A DNA stretch of 64,000 bases. It comes from Candidatus Kaiserbacteria bacterium. Lineage in GTDB: Bacteria; Patescibacteriota; Minisyncoccia; Phycocordibacterales; UBA2100. The DNA lies in assembly GCA_016867375.1 (NCBI GenBank), contig VGJQ01000001.1, forward strand, positions 21,394 to 85,393, in the 5' to 3' direction. The first letter of the stretch is position 1, and every line of letters starts with the position of its first letter. This document shows positions 36,555 through 45,686 of this stretch, piece after piece. The notes under the pieces are model-generated. The model was given only the letters and a program-made list of their open reading frames with translations, was not told the DNA's origin and did no database searches. Position numbers and translations under genes: made by a program.

Positions 36555-36685
36555 CAAGCGGTAGTGGCATACTGTTTTGGAACATCGCGCAGCGAACAAA
36601 CATCTGGCACACTAGTAGAGCAGGAGCTCGAAAAGAAAGGGTGGGACGAGGGTGTGGTTCCGAAACAGTATGCCACTACCGCTTG
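36555..36685 (+). repeat. Long-stem hairpin element, family 2, copy D (29-bp stem ending ggaac/gttcc)
   Basis: The arms caagcggtagtggcatactgttttggaac and gttccgaaacagtatgccactaccgcttg pair. The inner core atcgcgcagcgaacaaacatctggcacactagtagagcaggagctc is conserved with copy C (inverted). Confidence 0.7.
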
Positions 36686-36768
36686 TCCCCACCTTATCCA
36701 CACCTTGTGAACAACTCCGGAGAAAAGCGCCTTGCTTCTTAAAAAAGAATAGAAGCGTATAATGTGGA

Positions 36769-36862
36769 TAAGGGCTCGTCCACAAATAACGTACTCGTTA
36801 TTTGTGGCAGCCACTTATGGACCCGTTCATTTTATGTTGAACTTTTTATGAACGGGTCCTAA
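36769..36862 (+). repeat. REP-like element, full-length two-hairpin form (copy 4), inside the oriC region
   Basis: taagggctcgtccacaaataacgtactcgttatttgtggc ... ggacccgttcattttatgttgaactttttatgaacgggtcctaa. Confidence 0.65.
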
Positions 36863-36887
36863 CTAATACATATCACTCCAACTACCT

Positions 36888-38243
36888 ATGATGGCAAACC
36901 GAGAATTGTGGCAAAATGCACTCGTACAGATCGAGCTCGGCACGTCGGAGACCAGTTTTCGGACGTGGTTTCGCAATACGGATATCGCCAGTCGGGAAGG
37001 GGGAGTGGTACACGTCGCCGTACCATCAAAGATCGTAAAAGAGTGGCTCACCGACAAGCACAACAAGCTCATCCTCAAAACACTCCGTAGTTTAGATCCT
37101 TCGGTACGGACGGTAGAATACACGATTCACAAATCTATCGCCTCTCCTGTGAATGACCGTAAAACACCTCGCCAACCTTCCCCTGAAAATGCATCGCTCG
37201 ACCTCAGCAGCCTCTACATCGATAAGCGGGACAATTTGAACCCTCGCTATACCTTTGAAACCTTTGTGGTGGGACCATTCAATCAGCTCGCGCACGCGGC
37301 TGCAAAAGCAGTGCTTGAGCGCCCCGGACTCACCTATAATCCACTTTTTATCTATGGATCGACCGGACACGGAAAAACCCACCTTATTCAGGCAGTGGGG
37401 AATTACTTCAAGAAAACCCACGCCAATAAAAAGGTTTTGTATGTGACTTCCGAACGATTCGCCATCGACTACATAAACGCCGTGCGCTCCGGCCACGCCA
37501 ACACCTTCAAAGACCAGTATCGCCAATATGACGTCCTCATCATGGACGACATCCAATTCATCGCAAACACGGAAAAGACCCAAGAGGAGCTTTTTCACCT
37601 CTTCAACGCGCTTCGAGACAACAATAAACAGATCGTGTTTTCATCTGACAAACATCCATCACTCCTGAGCGGTCTCGAGGAGCGCCTCAAGAGCCGTTTT
37701 GCAGGGGGTATGATCGCCGAGATCCCTGAGCCGGACGTCGAGTCACGCACAGCGATCATCCGTGCCAAGATCGAACAGCACGGATTCTCGATCCCTGAGG
37801 ATATCATCAGCTACATCGCCGAAAACGTCCGCGGCAACATCCGCGAACTTGAAGGTGTCTTGAATATGATCGTCTGCCGATCGCAGTTGAAAGGCAAAAC
37901 CATCTCTCACGCCGACGTAAAAGCGCTTATTAAACACAATATGAAACCCTCGAAAGGCGTTTCGGTGGATGAGGTGGTGCGCCGCATCGCCCACTACTAT
38001 GACATCACCGAGAAAAACATCTATGAAAAGACGCGTAAAAAGGAGGTGGTGCGGCCGCGCCAAGTCATTATGTACATCCTTCGCGAGGAATTCAACATCT
38101 CATACCCTTCAATAGGGGAAAAGCTTGGAGGGCGAGATCACACCACCGTCATACACTCGTGTGAAAAAATCAAAGAGGAGGTGAAGGCAAACCCATCACT
38201 CGAAGCTGAGATCGAGCATATCCGCTCGCTTATCCAGGTATAA
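36888..38243 (+). CDS. dnaA: Chromosomal replication initiator protein DnaA
   Basis: AAA+ motifs (GSTGHGKTHL, IMDDIQF) and the C-terminal DNA-binding domain (RPRQVIMYI...). Confidence 0.95.
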   Translation: MMANRELWQNALVQIELGTSETSFRTWFRNTDIASREGGVVHVAVPSKIVKEWLTDKHNKLILKTLRSLDPSVRTVEYTIHKSIASPVNDRKTPRQPSPENASLDLSSLYIDKRDNLNPRYTFETFVVGPFNQLAHAAAKAVLERPGLTYNPLFIYGSTGHGKTHLIQAVGNYFKKTHANKKVLYVTSERFAIDYINAVRSGHANTFKDQYRQYDVLIMDDIQFIANTEKTQEELFHLFNALRDNNKQIVFSSDKHPSLLSGLEERLKSRFAGGMIAEIPEPDVESRTAIIRAKIEQHGFSIPEDIISYIAENVRGNIRELEGVLNMIVCRSQLKGKTISHADVKALIKHNMKPSKGVSVDEVVRRIAHYYDITEKNIYEKTRKKEVVRPRQVIMYILREEFNISYPSIGEKLGGRDHTTVIHSCEKIKEEVKANPSLEAEIEHIRSLIQV

Positions 38244-38479
38244 CCTGTGTATATGAATGGGTATAATAATATGAATAACAAGAGGAGTCTTTATAGGAAA
38301 TTCTGTGGGTATCTTCACTTTTTTTTCGACACGATCCTTTATCCCCGTAGGTATACATACACAGACACACTGTTTTCAACAGCGATCGATTGCTGTTACA
38401 GCTTTTCTTTCTGCCATATTTTGCCTTTTCCCCATTATCCACACCACTAGTAGTAATAGTAGTTTTTAATATAAAAGAT
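38244..38479. other. AT-rich dnaA-dnaN intergenic region with a DnaA box (candidate DNA-unwinding element / second oriC module)
   Basis: Strongly AT-rich relative to surroundings. TTATCCACA at 38435-38443 and degenerate TTTATCCCC nearby. Confidence 0.5.
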
Positions 38480-39583
38480 ATGAAGATCAGCGTAAGAAAA
38501 GATTCGATACTTCAAGCAGTTCTCATCTCAGAACGCATCACGGGAAAGAAGGAGTCGCTCCCTGTCCTTTCGTGCATCTTGATAGATACCCAAGATGAAG
38601 TAGTGGTCCGGGCAACCAACCTTGAGGCGGGCGTCGAGGTCCAGGTACCTGCCGATATCGAGGAGAAGGGGAGGGTGGCGGTGGTTGCGGGAATACTCGC
38701 ACAGACTATTCGTTCGATCAGTGGTGAGACGATAACACTCAAAACGAGTGATGACGGAAACCTCATTATCGAGGCAAAGGGTACCAAGACGATCATGAAA
38801 GCGATACCCCATGAGGAATTCCCGGTGCTGTCGCGTGAAAATGCAGATATTAAAGGCGTTGTGGTGGCGCGTGAGCGCTTTTTGCGCGGCATTCAGGCGG
38901 TCATTTATGCGACATCTCCTTCTATGATCCGTCCCGAGCTTGGGAGCGTGTATATTTCCATCAAACAGGGCGCCATTGTGTGCGCGGCGACCGATTCTTT
39001 CCGCTTGTCCGAAAAGACGATTCCAGGCGGATCAGTGGAAGATGTGGGGGATATTCTTGTGCCATTGAAACATGCACTCGAAATGGTTCATATTTTGGAG
39101 AAGATATCATCTGAGACTATTGCTATCAGACTCGAAGAGACAGATCTCGATATTCGTTCCGGCTCGGTGCGGTTTGTCTCGAGGATCGTCGATGCGACCT
39201 TCCCAAACTACAAAGAGATAATCCCAAAGAAATTTGCGACCGAGGCGACCCTGCTTAAGGGTGATTTTATGGAGATGCTTAGAAAGGCGCGGATTTTTTC
39301 TGGCAACGACCAGTATGTGGGGCTGCACGTCTATCCGTCACGAAAGATATTTTCTGCAACGGCACGCAGTAATGATGTGGGGGAGATGTCCGATACGATC
39401 GATGCGGCGATTTCCGGCGAGGATATCGATATCAATTTTCACATCGGCTATCTCGCCGACTGTCTCTCTTCGATAGAGTCCGACAGTATTACAATCGGAT
39501 TCGGCGGCATCGGGCGCCCAATGGTGATCCGTGGCGTCTCTGATGCGACATTTACCTACCTGGTAATGCCACTTAATCGCTAG
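38480..39583 (+). CDS. dnaN: DNA polymerase III beta sliding clamp
   Basis: N-terminus MKISVRKDSILQAVLISERITGKKESLPVLSCILI. Three-domain length (367 aa). Directly follows dnaA. Confidence 0.9.
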   Translation: MKISVRKDSILQAVLISERITGKKESLPVLSCILIDTQDEVVVRATNLEAGVEVQVPADIEEKGRVAVVAGILAQTIRSISGETITLKTSDDGNLIIEAKGTKTIMKAIPHEEFPVLSRENADIKGVVVARERFLRGIQAVIYATSPSMIRPELGSVYISIKQGAIVCAATDSFRLSEKTIPGGSVEDVGDILVPLKHALEMVHILEKISSETIAIRLEETDLDIRSGSVRFVSRIVDATFPNYKEIIPKKFATEATLLKGDFMEMLRKARIFSGNDQYVGLHVYPSRKIFSATARSNDVGEMSDTIDAAISGEDIDINFHIGYLADCLSSIESDSITIGFGGIGRPMVIRGVSDATFTYLVMPLNR

Positions 39584-39595
39584 ACTATACCGTCT

Positions 39596-39700
39596 CTCAT
39601 TAAGGGCTTGTCCGTCAATGGAAAATTCCGTCTTTGCGAGGCCTTTGGCCGAAGCAATCCAGAGTGCTACCACTCACCCTAGGCTGCTTCGTTTTGCACC
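39596..39700 (+). repeat. About 100-nt repeat, copy 1 (degenerate stem)
   Basis: tcaatggaaaattccgtctttgcgaggcctttggccgaagcaatccagagtgctaccactcaccctaggctgcttcg. It is about 90 percent identical to 56461-56570. Confidence 0.6.
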
Positions 39701-39787
39701 ACAAGGGCACTTCCATTTTTCTAAGCCTTGGCTAAGAAAAATTGGTCGCTCGCAAAGACACTACCGGTAGGTTGGTTGGAAATGGTA

Positions 39788-42028
39788 TTAGAATTGCGGA
39801 ATGATTGTGTGGAGGGGGATGGTGGTCCCAGGGATTGTTGTCGTCTGTTGGGTGGGAAGATTTGTGGTAGGGAACGGGCCTTCGCCCGAAGGCGTACTGG
39901 AACCTACCTTCGGTTCCATCCATAGCTGTACAGCGTGATCCCAGTAAGGGAACTGCGAATCACTGTACGGATTTCCGGTTTGGGCGAGGCGAGGGTTATC
40001 CCGCTGTACCCAAAAGAGAATTTCGTGTACTCCCCGGCTGGGGTCGGTATTCCAGTTACCACGAAGTACGGAAGGGGTTGTCAGTATGTCTGGGTCGGGA
40101 GACGGAGGGGTGAATCGATCAGCGGGATACTTTTCAGTGGCATACATGACGACCTCGTGCCACGGTGGGGCGACGATGAAGGAGGCAACTTTTTTAAACA
40201 TGGGACTATTGTCGTTGTTGCCAGCCCATGCCCCCACAACGATAGAGGGGCTATAACCGATGATCCATGCGTCGCGCGAGTCGTTGGTGGTACCGGTCTT
40301 AGCGGCGATGTCCATCCCAGGGAAGTGGAGGGGGCTGCTTGCGCCAAATGCCGGTGTGCGGGCGATATTGTCTGAAAGGACGTTGTTGATGAGTCGTGCC
40401 ACTTGTGGATCAAGTACGCGCTCGGAATTATCCTCGTACTTTTCCAGTACGTGTCCGCGATTATCGCGTATCTCGAGGATGCCTGTCGACGGATTTCGGA
40501 CGCCGTCGTTGGCAAACACGCCGTACGCACTCGTCATATCGAGGAGAGTGACTTCACCACCACCGAGCACGAGAGTGAGCCCATATCGATCAGGATCTCC
40601 GAGTGTGGAAATACCAAATGATTCGGCGAGGTTGATGGAGTTTTGTATGTTGGCGAGGTAGAGGGTCTTGATGGCGGGAATATTTTGGGATTGTGCGAGC
40701 GCATTGCGAAGCGTCATAGGGCCCTTAAATGTCTCGTCATAATTCTGAGGGCTGTAGCAAGGGGGTTCGTTGTTGGCGACATCCTGTACACTGCAGGCGG
40801 TAGAAAATTGCGTCTGAAGGTCAAAGACGATTGTCTCTGGTGTGTATCCTTTGGCAAATGCTGCAGCGTACACAAACGGCTTAAATGATGATCCTGGCTG
40901 ACGGTGAGCTATCGTTACATTGACCTGCCCATCGATATCTTCACTGAAGAATTCTTTTGATCCCACCATAGTAAGGATGTGTCCGGTCTTCGGGTCGATC
41001 GCGACGAGTCCCATATTGGATGCATTGAAATTGCCTTGCATACCGGGTGCATACGCTCGTATGACCGATTCGGCCTTTTCTTGCAGGTCATAATCAAGTG
41101 TTGTGATGACGCGCAGGCCCTCGTTGTTGACCGCGTCAACGCCGTATTTCTCTTCGAGATATTGTCGGATGAAGAATACAAAATGCGGCGCCTTGATGCC
41201 GGCCTCTTTTTCTATGCGAAACTCTACCTTTTCATTCTTTGCGGTCTCATACTCTTCTGGAGTGATATGTCCCAACACTTTCATCCTTTGTAGTACGAGA
41301 TCTTTGCGCCTGTCGAGTGACTCGCGGTTGTTGCCATATGGTGAATAGTATGTCGGTGCCTGTGGGATCGCGGCGAGGTACGCTGCCTGCGCAAGATCGA
41401 CATCTTTTGCATCGATGCCGAAGAAGTATTGTGATGCCTCTTGGACACCATACAGCGTGCCGCCGTAGGGCGACTCGTTCAGATACGTGTTGAGGATCTG
41501 ATCTTTTGAATAAATGCGTGTCAGGCGAAGCGCAAGGATGATTTCCTGGAGTTTACGAAGGATGGTTTTGTTTTGGGAGAGGAGGGCGTTTTTGACGACC
41601 TGTTGGGTGATGGTGGATCCGCCTTGGCGATATGAACCGCTGGTGATGTCGACAAATATCGCGCGGGCGAGGGAGAGGGGGCGGAATCCGGCGTTGGTAT
41701 AGAAGGTGGAGTCTTCGATGGCGATGGTCGCGTTGCGGATGTAGGGAGAGATTTCCTCGATAGGGACTGAGGTGCGGCGTACTGTCCCGTGCACATCGTA
41801 GAGCACGATATTGCCTGTGCGATCGTATATTTTGGTTGATTCTGCTACCTGGCGCGCCTCAAAGTTGTTGATCGAGGGGATCGGCATGATCGCCGCCCAT
41901 ATGAGCATGGCGCCAAAAATGAAGAGAAATAAGGAAAAAGCGCCTATAGCGGCGAGTTTTAGCCACTGTAAAGTAGTATTCTCTTCCAGTTTTTTAAGCG
42001 GCCGTAGGTGGCGGCGTAATCTGTGCAT
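39788..42028 (-). CDS. ponA: Bifunctional penicillin-binding protein 1A (glycosyltransferase GT51 plus transpeptidase)
   Basis: N-terminal transmembrane anchor. GT51 motifs (EDSTFY, GGSTITQQ). Transpeptidase SxxK/SxN/KTG-type region (KTGTTND). Confidence 0.9.
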   Translation of the reverse strand: MHRLRRHLRPLKKLEENTTLQWLKLAAIGAFSLFLFIFGAMLIWAAIMPIPSINNFEARQVAESTKIYDRTGNIVLYDVHGTVRRTSVPIEEISPYIRNATIAIEDSTFYTNAGFRPLSLARAIFVDITSGSYRQGGSTITQQVVKNALLSQNKTILRKLQEIILALRLTRIYSKDQILNTYLNESPYGGTLYGVQEASQYFFGIDAKDVDLAQAAYLAAIPQAPTYYSPYGNNRESLDRRKDLVLQRMKVLGHITPEEYETAKNEKVEFRIEKEAGIKAPHFVFFIRQYLEEKYGVDAVNNEGLRVITTLDYDLQEKAESVIRAYAPGMQGNFNASNMGLVAIDPKTGHILTMVGSKEFFSEDIDGQVNVTIAHRQPGSSFKPFVYAAAFAKGYTPETIVFDLQTQFSTACSVQDVANNEPPCYSPQNYDETFKGPMTLRNALAQSQNIPAIKTLYLANIQNSINLAESFGISTLGDPDRYGLTLVLGGGEVTLLDMTSAYGVFANDGVRNPSTGILEIRDNRGHVLEKYEDNSERVLDPQVARLINNVLSDNIARTPAFGASSPLHFPGMDIAAKTGTTNDSRDAWIIGYSPSIVVGAWAGNNDNSPMFKKVASFIVAPPWHEVVMYATEKYPADRFTPPSPDPDILTTPSVLRGNWNTDPSRGVHEILFWVQRDNPRLAQTGNPYSDSQFPYWDHAVQLWMEPKVGSSTPSGEGPFPTTNLPTQQTTTIPGTTIPLHTIIPQF

Positions 42029-42091
42029 AACGTGTGGATATTGTAACCCCGATTCCCGCCCAAAGACAACTAATAGAGGTGTTTATCGCAG

Positions 42092-42562
42092 CTATCTTTG
42101 GTGTGCCAAATGGGTCACACCAACGGCGATAGCATCATATTCGTCGTCGTATCGGACCACTTTTTCGATTTTGAGCAACATACGGAGCATGCGGGCGACG
42201 GTCGTCTTGTCAGCGGCGCCAAACCCTGCTGCTGCATTTTTGATCTGACCAGGAGTGTATTCAAAAGCAGGAATACCCGCGAGCGCAGCAGTATTGAGGA
42301 GTGCCCCGCGCATCTCGGCCACGCGCATCGCCGTCTTCTGATTATTGCTAAAATAGAGCCGCTCCATCGCCATATGGTCCGGGGAGTGTTCGGTGATGAG
42401 TCGTGCGCAGGCGTCTGCGACTGCCGCGAGCCGCTCGCTAAACTCATCTTTCGGCGACGTCTCGACACAATCGGAGTAAATGAGTATCTCTTTGCCGCCC
42501 ACCTTCTCCACTACTGCCATACCACAGCGACCGTAGCCAGGGTCTATCGCGAGGACTTTCAT
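42092..42562 (-). CDS. ruvC: Holliday-junction resolvase RuvC
   Basis: MKVLAIDPGYGRCG N-terminus and the C-terminal DEYDAIAVGVTHL motif. Start taken at MKV. Confidence 0.8.
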   Translation of the reverse strand: MKVLAIDPGYGRCGMAVVEKVGGKEILIYSDCVETSPKDEFSERLAAVADACARLITEHSPDHMAMERLYFSNNQKTAMRVAEMRGALLNTAALAGIPAFEYTPGQIKNAAAGFGAADKTTVARMLRMLLKIEKVVRYDDEYDAIAVGVTHLAHQR

Positions 42563-42591
42563 GAGGTGAATTGTAACAGAGAGCATCTAAA

Positions 42592-43143
42592 ATGTATGAT
42601 GCGTATATGATCGAATACGTCCACCAAGTAAATGCTCGTGCGTGGGGGATGCGGATCTCGGTACGGGTGGATGGGGAAGTGGTGGTAACGACGCCGCGAT
42701 TTGTGACCAAGAGGATGATTGATTCGTTTGTGGCCACACACACTGACTGGATATCGCGGCATGTCGCGCGAGCGCGAGCACGCACGGTGATGAGGATACC
42801 GCGCAAGGATGTCGCGACGCTCAAAAAGCACGCGCGAGAGCTCGCAGAAAGCCGCTGCGCGCACTTTGCAAGACAGTACGGCCTGACATACAAAAAGATA
42901 TCTATCCGCGCGCAGAAATCGCGATGGGGGAGCTGCTCGACCGCGGGCAATCTCAGTTTCAATTACAAGATCGCGCTTTTGCCGCCACATCTCGCCGACT
43001 ACATCGTCGTGCACGAGATATGCCACCTCGTACACATGAATCATTCAAAAAAGTTTTGGGACCTCGTGGCACAGACCATGCCGGATCACAAGAAATATCG
43101 CACGGAACTGCGCCGGACACATATAGTAAGGGCCCGTTCATAA
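42592..43143 (+). CDS. YgjP/DUF45-family (SprT-like) zinc metallohydrolase
   Basis: HEICHLVHMNH (HExxH) motif near the C-terminus. 183 aa. Confidence 0.7.
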   Translation: MYDAYMIEYVHQVNARAWGMRISVRVDGEVVVTTPRFVTKRMIDSFVATHTDWISRHVARARARTVMRIPRKDVATLKKHARELAESRCAHFARQYGLTYKKISIRAQKSRWGSCSTAGNLSFNYKIALLPPHLADYIVVHEICHLVHMNHSKKFWDLVAQTMPDHKKYRTELRRTHIVRARS

Positions 43144-43302
43144 ATAACTAGACCCCGATACCATGTATGCATGACTTCCATGGAGAGTGGAATTACACGA
43201 TCGGGCCGCACCGAAGGATACAATTATTTACGGAAGAGCCCTAATTAGTTAGTCAAAAGCCAGGCTTTCTACAGTTGTGCAAGCCTGGCTTGCACAACAG
43301 GC

Positions 43303-43836
43303 CTACTCCGCATTGGTGTAGACGTCTTCGACATCGTCGTGATTATCGAGCTCGTCCATGACCTTCATGAGGGCTTCGTTGTCGGCTTCGGAGAGGGGGA
43401 CTGTCGTCTGCGCTTCGTAGCTTCCATCGGCTTGGCGAGCAAAAGCCCATGCAGCGGAGCCCTGTGCGGCGAGCGCGAGGCCGTTCTTAGAAAGGAGGTG
43501 TTTGATCTCTTGTGCGGTGCGGTTGCGGTTGTCGGTCAGTGCTGCAGCGATGATCGCGGCACCTCCGGGGCCATATGCCTCATATACGACCGGCTCCATG
43601 GCGCCGGCGTCCTTCGATACACCTTTGGCCACCGCGGCCTCAATCTTGTCTTTTGGCATATTGGCCTTGCGGGCCTTTTCGATATAGGTGCGCAGAGAGG
43701 GCGAGGTGGTGTCGCCACCAGCCAGCTTGGATTCGACCGTGATGCGGCGTGAGAGCTTACCCCACTCTCTACTCTTGCTTGCATCCGTCGCTGCCTTTTT
43801 ATGCTTTATCTGCGCCCATTTGTTGTGTCCGGACAT
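43303..43836 (-). CDS. yebC: YebC/PmpR-family DNA-binding regulator (short form)
   Basis: MSGHNKWAQIKHKKAATDASK N-terminus, diagnostic of the YebC family. 177 aa. Confidence 0.8.
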   Translation of the reverse strand: MSGHNKWAQIKHKKAATDASKSREWGKLSRRITVESKLAGGDTTSPSLRTYIEKARKANMPKDKIEAAVAKGVSKDAGAMEPVVYEAYGPGGAAIIAAALTDNRNRTAQEIKHLLSKNGLALAAQGSAAWAFARQADGSYEAQTTVPLSEADNEALMKVMDELDNHDDVEDVYTNAE

Positions 43837-43885
43837 ATGGACCTACTGTATATCGGAAGCAGTGCTGCCGCAATTTACCAAGCTC

Positions 43886-44458
43886 TTATTTGGTTTGGAA
43901 TGGATATTTTCCCGTATCAATCCGATATAAAAGGAGTGAGGAGAGTGTTACGGCAATAGCAGATGGCCAGGGATTAAAGAAAAAGATGCCAGCGAGAAAC
44001 GGCATGGCCGCAGCTCCAAATGTCAAAAACCCAAACATAGAGCGCATACGAATCAGCTCGTAGGCGAATAGTATGGCCGGGATAACACCAAGTAGTATGG
44101 CGAGATTGGCGAGCATGTTACCAGTCCTTCCTTCAAATGAAGTAAAACCGTCGCCCCCAAATACTATTGATAAACCAACTAAGCCAATACCAATACCGAA
44201 CATAACAGATGCCCCTATAAGCAAGGCGACTGATATTGAGAAACGTTTTCCACCATACGACTCTGCCACTACCACATACCCATAGAGATGCCTCGCAAAC
44301 ACCATAGTGGAAAAGGTGAGTATAAGGAACAAGGGTAGTAAGTGTTCAGACAAGGTCAGTATCGATGTAAGGGAGAGAAAAAGAATGCACACACAGATGA
44401 AAAGAATCCCCGCAACAATGGACTTTCTAATTTGAGGACTGTGCACAGCCGACAACAT
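43886..44458 (-). CDS. Hypothetical polytopic membrane protein in an AT-rich islet
   Basis: Multiple transmembrane helices. Start taken at MLSAVH to avoid overlap with the convergent ORF. No motif recognised. Confidence 0.4.
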   Translation of the reverse strand: MLSAVHSPQIRKSIVAGILFICVCILFLSLTSILTLSEHLLPLFLILTFSTMVFARHLYGYVVVAESYGGKRFSISVALLIGASVMFGIGIGLVGLSIVFGGDGFTSFEGRTGNMLANLAILLGVIPAILFAYELIRMRSMFGFLTFGAAAMPFLAGIFFFNPWPSAIAVTLSSLLLYRIDTGKYPFQTK

Positions 44459-44509
44459 GCATGTAGTATACCAACACCTATGTAATAAGGGATGGTGTAA
44501 AATAAACGA

Positions 44510-45610
44510 ATGGAATTTATTAAATTGGTGTTCACTTCTATTGCAGTATTGTTTGGTAGCTTGTTTGGGGGAGGACACTCGACGTCGGCACCTCCTCCCA
44601 CGCTACTCAGCGATCAGGAAACTACCGTTATAGAACAACGCATCCGCGATGAATTATCGACGGAGCGCGATCGTGTTGGTCCTGGGCCTGCAAAACAGTC
44701 GCAGGTCACTCCGGTTCCTGTTGATCCCACACAGCCCGACCCTCCGGTTTGCAATAGTCCTTCTGTGAGTGATGAGCGGGATATAAAGAAGCTTTCTCAA
44801 ATCGAAGCAGAAATCCAATCACTCAACAATCGCCTATCATCCATATCAGATACAAATGTCGATGCGTCCCTGCGGCTACAAATACAGCGAGAAGATCTGC
44901 TTTCGCAGTACGATCAACTTACCGCATCAATTACAAAACAACAGGTGGGAACAGTATCAGCTTCGATGCAATCCTCTATATACAAGGCCTATTGTGGTAC
45001 CTCTACGCGTATTGCTGGTGTAGATGGCTTACCGGCACAATCCTTTAACGAGACGCTTTCAAAAACCGACTTCAACACACTCACGTGTAATCTGAGTAAG
45101 AAGACCTACCAGGGCGCGCAAGTACCAGTCGCCCTCTATTATATGGGATTTAAGCTTTTCCAGGCCGACAGATTTGACGATAGCTTCGCTTTTTATTCGT
45201 GTGCGGCGCACACATATTTCCATCTTACAGCAATCTACAGAGTAGCTCAGGTATATCTCTATGGATCCGATGACCTCAGAGAAGACAACGCATCGCTCGT
45301 CATCAAGAAACCTATTCTACAAGATAAAAAGAAGGCGTATTTTTGGATAGCGGTACTTTTTCATACAGAGTCGGCACAAAATACGGGAATGTTGGATACC
45401 GCAACCACTATGGGTTGGAATAGTGTCGGTATGTTGGATACCCTACAACAAGACCAAACTCTCTCCGACAACGACTTACTACAGATCGAACAAGAAGCAC
45501 GGGCCTTTGTTGGCAAAAAATATCCATCCGTCCTCAGCTCAAAATCATCTCTCTATAATCACTCGATGCGCGCCATGATCCCTGCACTCGAACAAGCCAC
45601 CGCCCGATAA
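44510..45610 (+). CDS. Hypothetical secreted protein, possibly Sel1/TPR-like repeats in the C-terminal half
   Basis: N-terminal hydrophobic signal. Repeated A..Y...AA/Y..G patterns. The repeat assignment is tentative. Confidence 0.4.
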   Translation: MEFIKLVFTSIAVLFGSLFGGGHSTSAPPPTLLSDQETTVIEQRIRDELSTERDRVGPGPAKQSQVTPVPVDPTQPDPPVCNSPSVSDERDIKKLSQIEAEIQSLNNRLSSISDTNVDASLRLQIQREDLLSQYDQLTASITKQQVGTVSASMQSSIYKAYCGTSTRIAGVDGLPAQSFNETLSKTDFNTLTCNLSKKTYQGAQVPVALYYMGFKLFQADRFDDSFAFYSCAAHTYFHLTAIYRVAQVYLYGSDDLREDNASLVIKKPILQDKKKAYFWIAVLFHTESAQNTGMLDTATTMGWNSVGMLDTLQQDQTLSDNDLLQIEQEARAFVGKKYPSVLSSKSSLYNHSMRAMIPALEQATAR

Positions 45611-45648
45611 AAGGACACAAGCCAGACCCCTGTACCCACAAACAAAAA

Positions 45649-45678
45649 AACGAGCGGATCATACAATGTCCGCTCGTT
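45649..45678 (-). terminator. Rho-independent terminator for gene 45687..46496
   Basis: aacgagcggatcatacaatgtccgctcgtt hairpin with a T7 run on the minus strand. Confidence 0.65.
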
Positions 45679-45686
45679 GTACATCG

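Larger units (their letters stand above)
36290..36887. other. Candidate oriC region (rpmH-dnaA intergenic) with DnaA boxes and nested repeat elements
   Basis: TTATCCACA at 36694-36702 and TGTGGATAA at 36763-36771. A tandem ttattggggagggg pair. Two long-stem hairpin elements in opposite orientation. One two-hairpin REP-like element. Confidence 0.6.

Noticed and set aside
36797-36808. DnaA-box-like ttatttgtgg inside the REP-like hairpin
   Set aside because: It is part of the conserved REP-like stem present at non-origin loci too, and it deviates from the TTATCCACA consensus. Not counted as a DnaA box.
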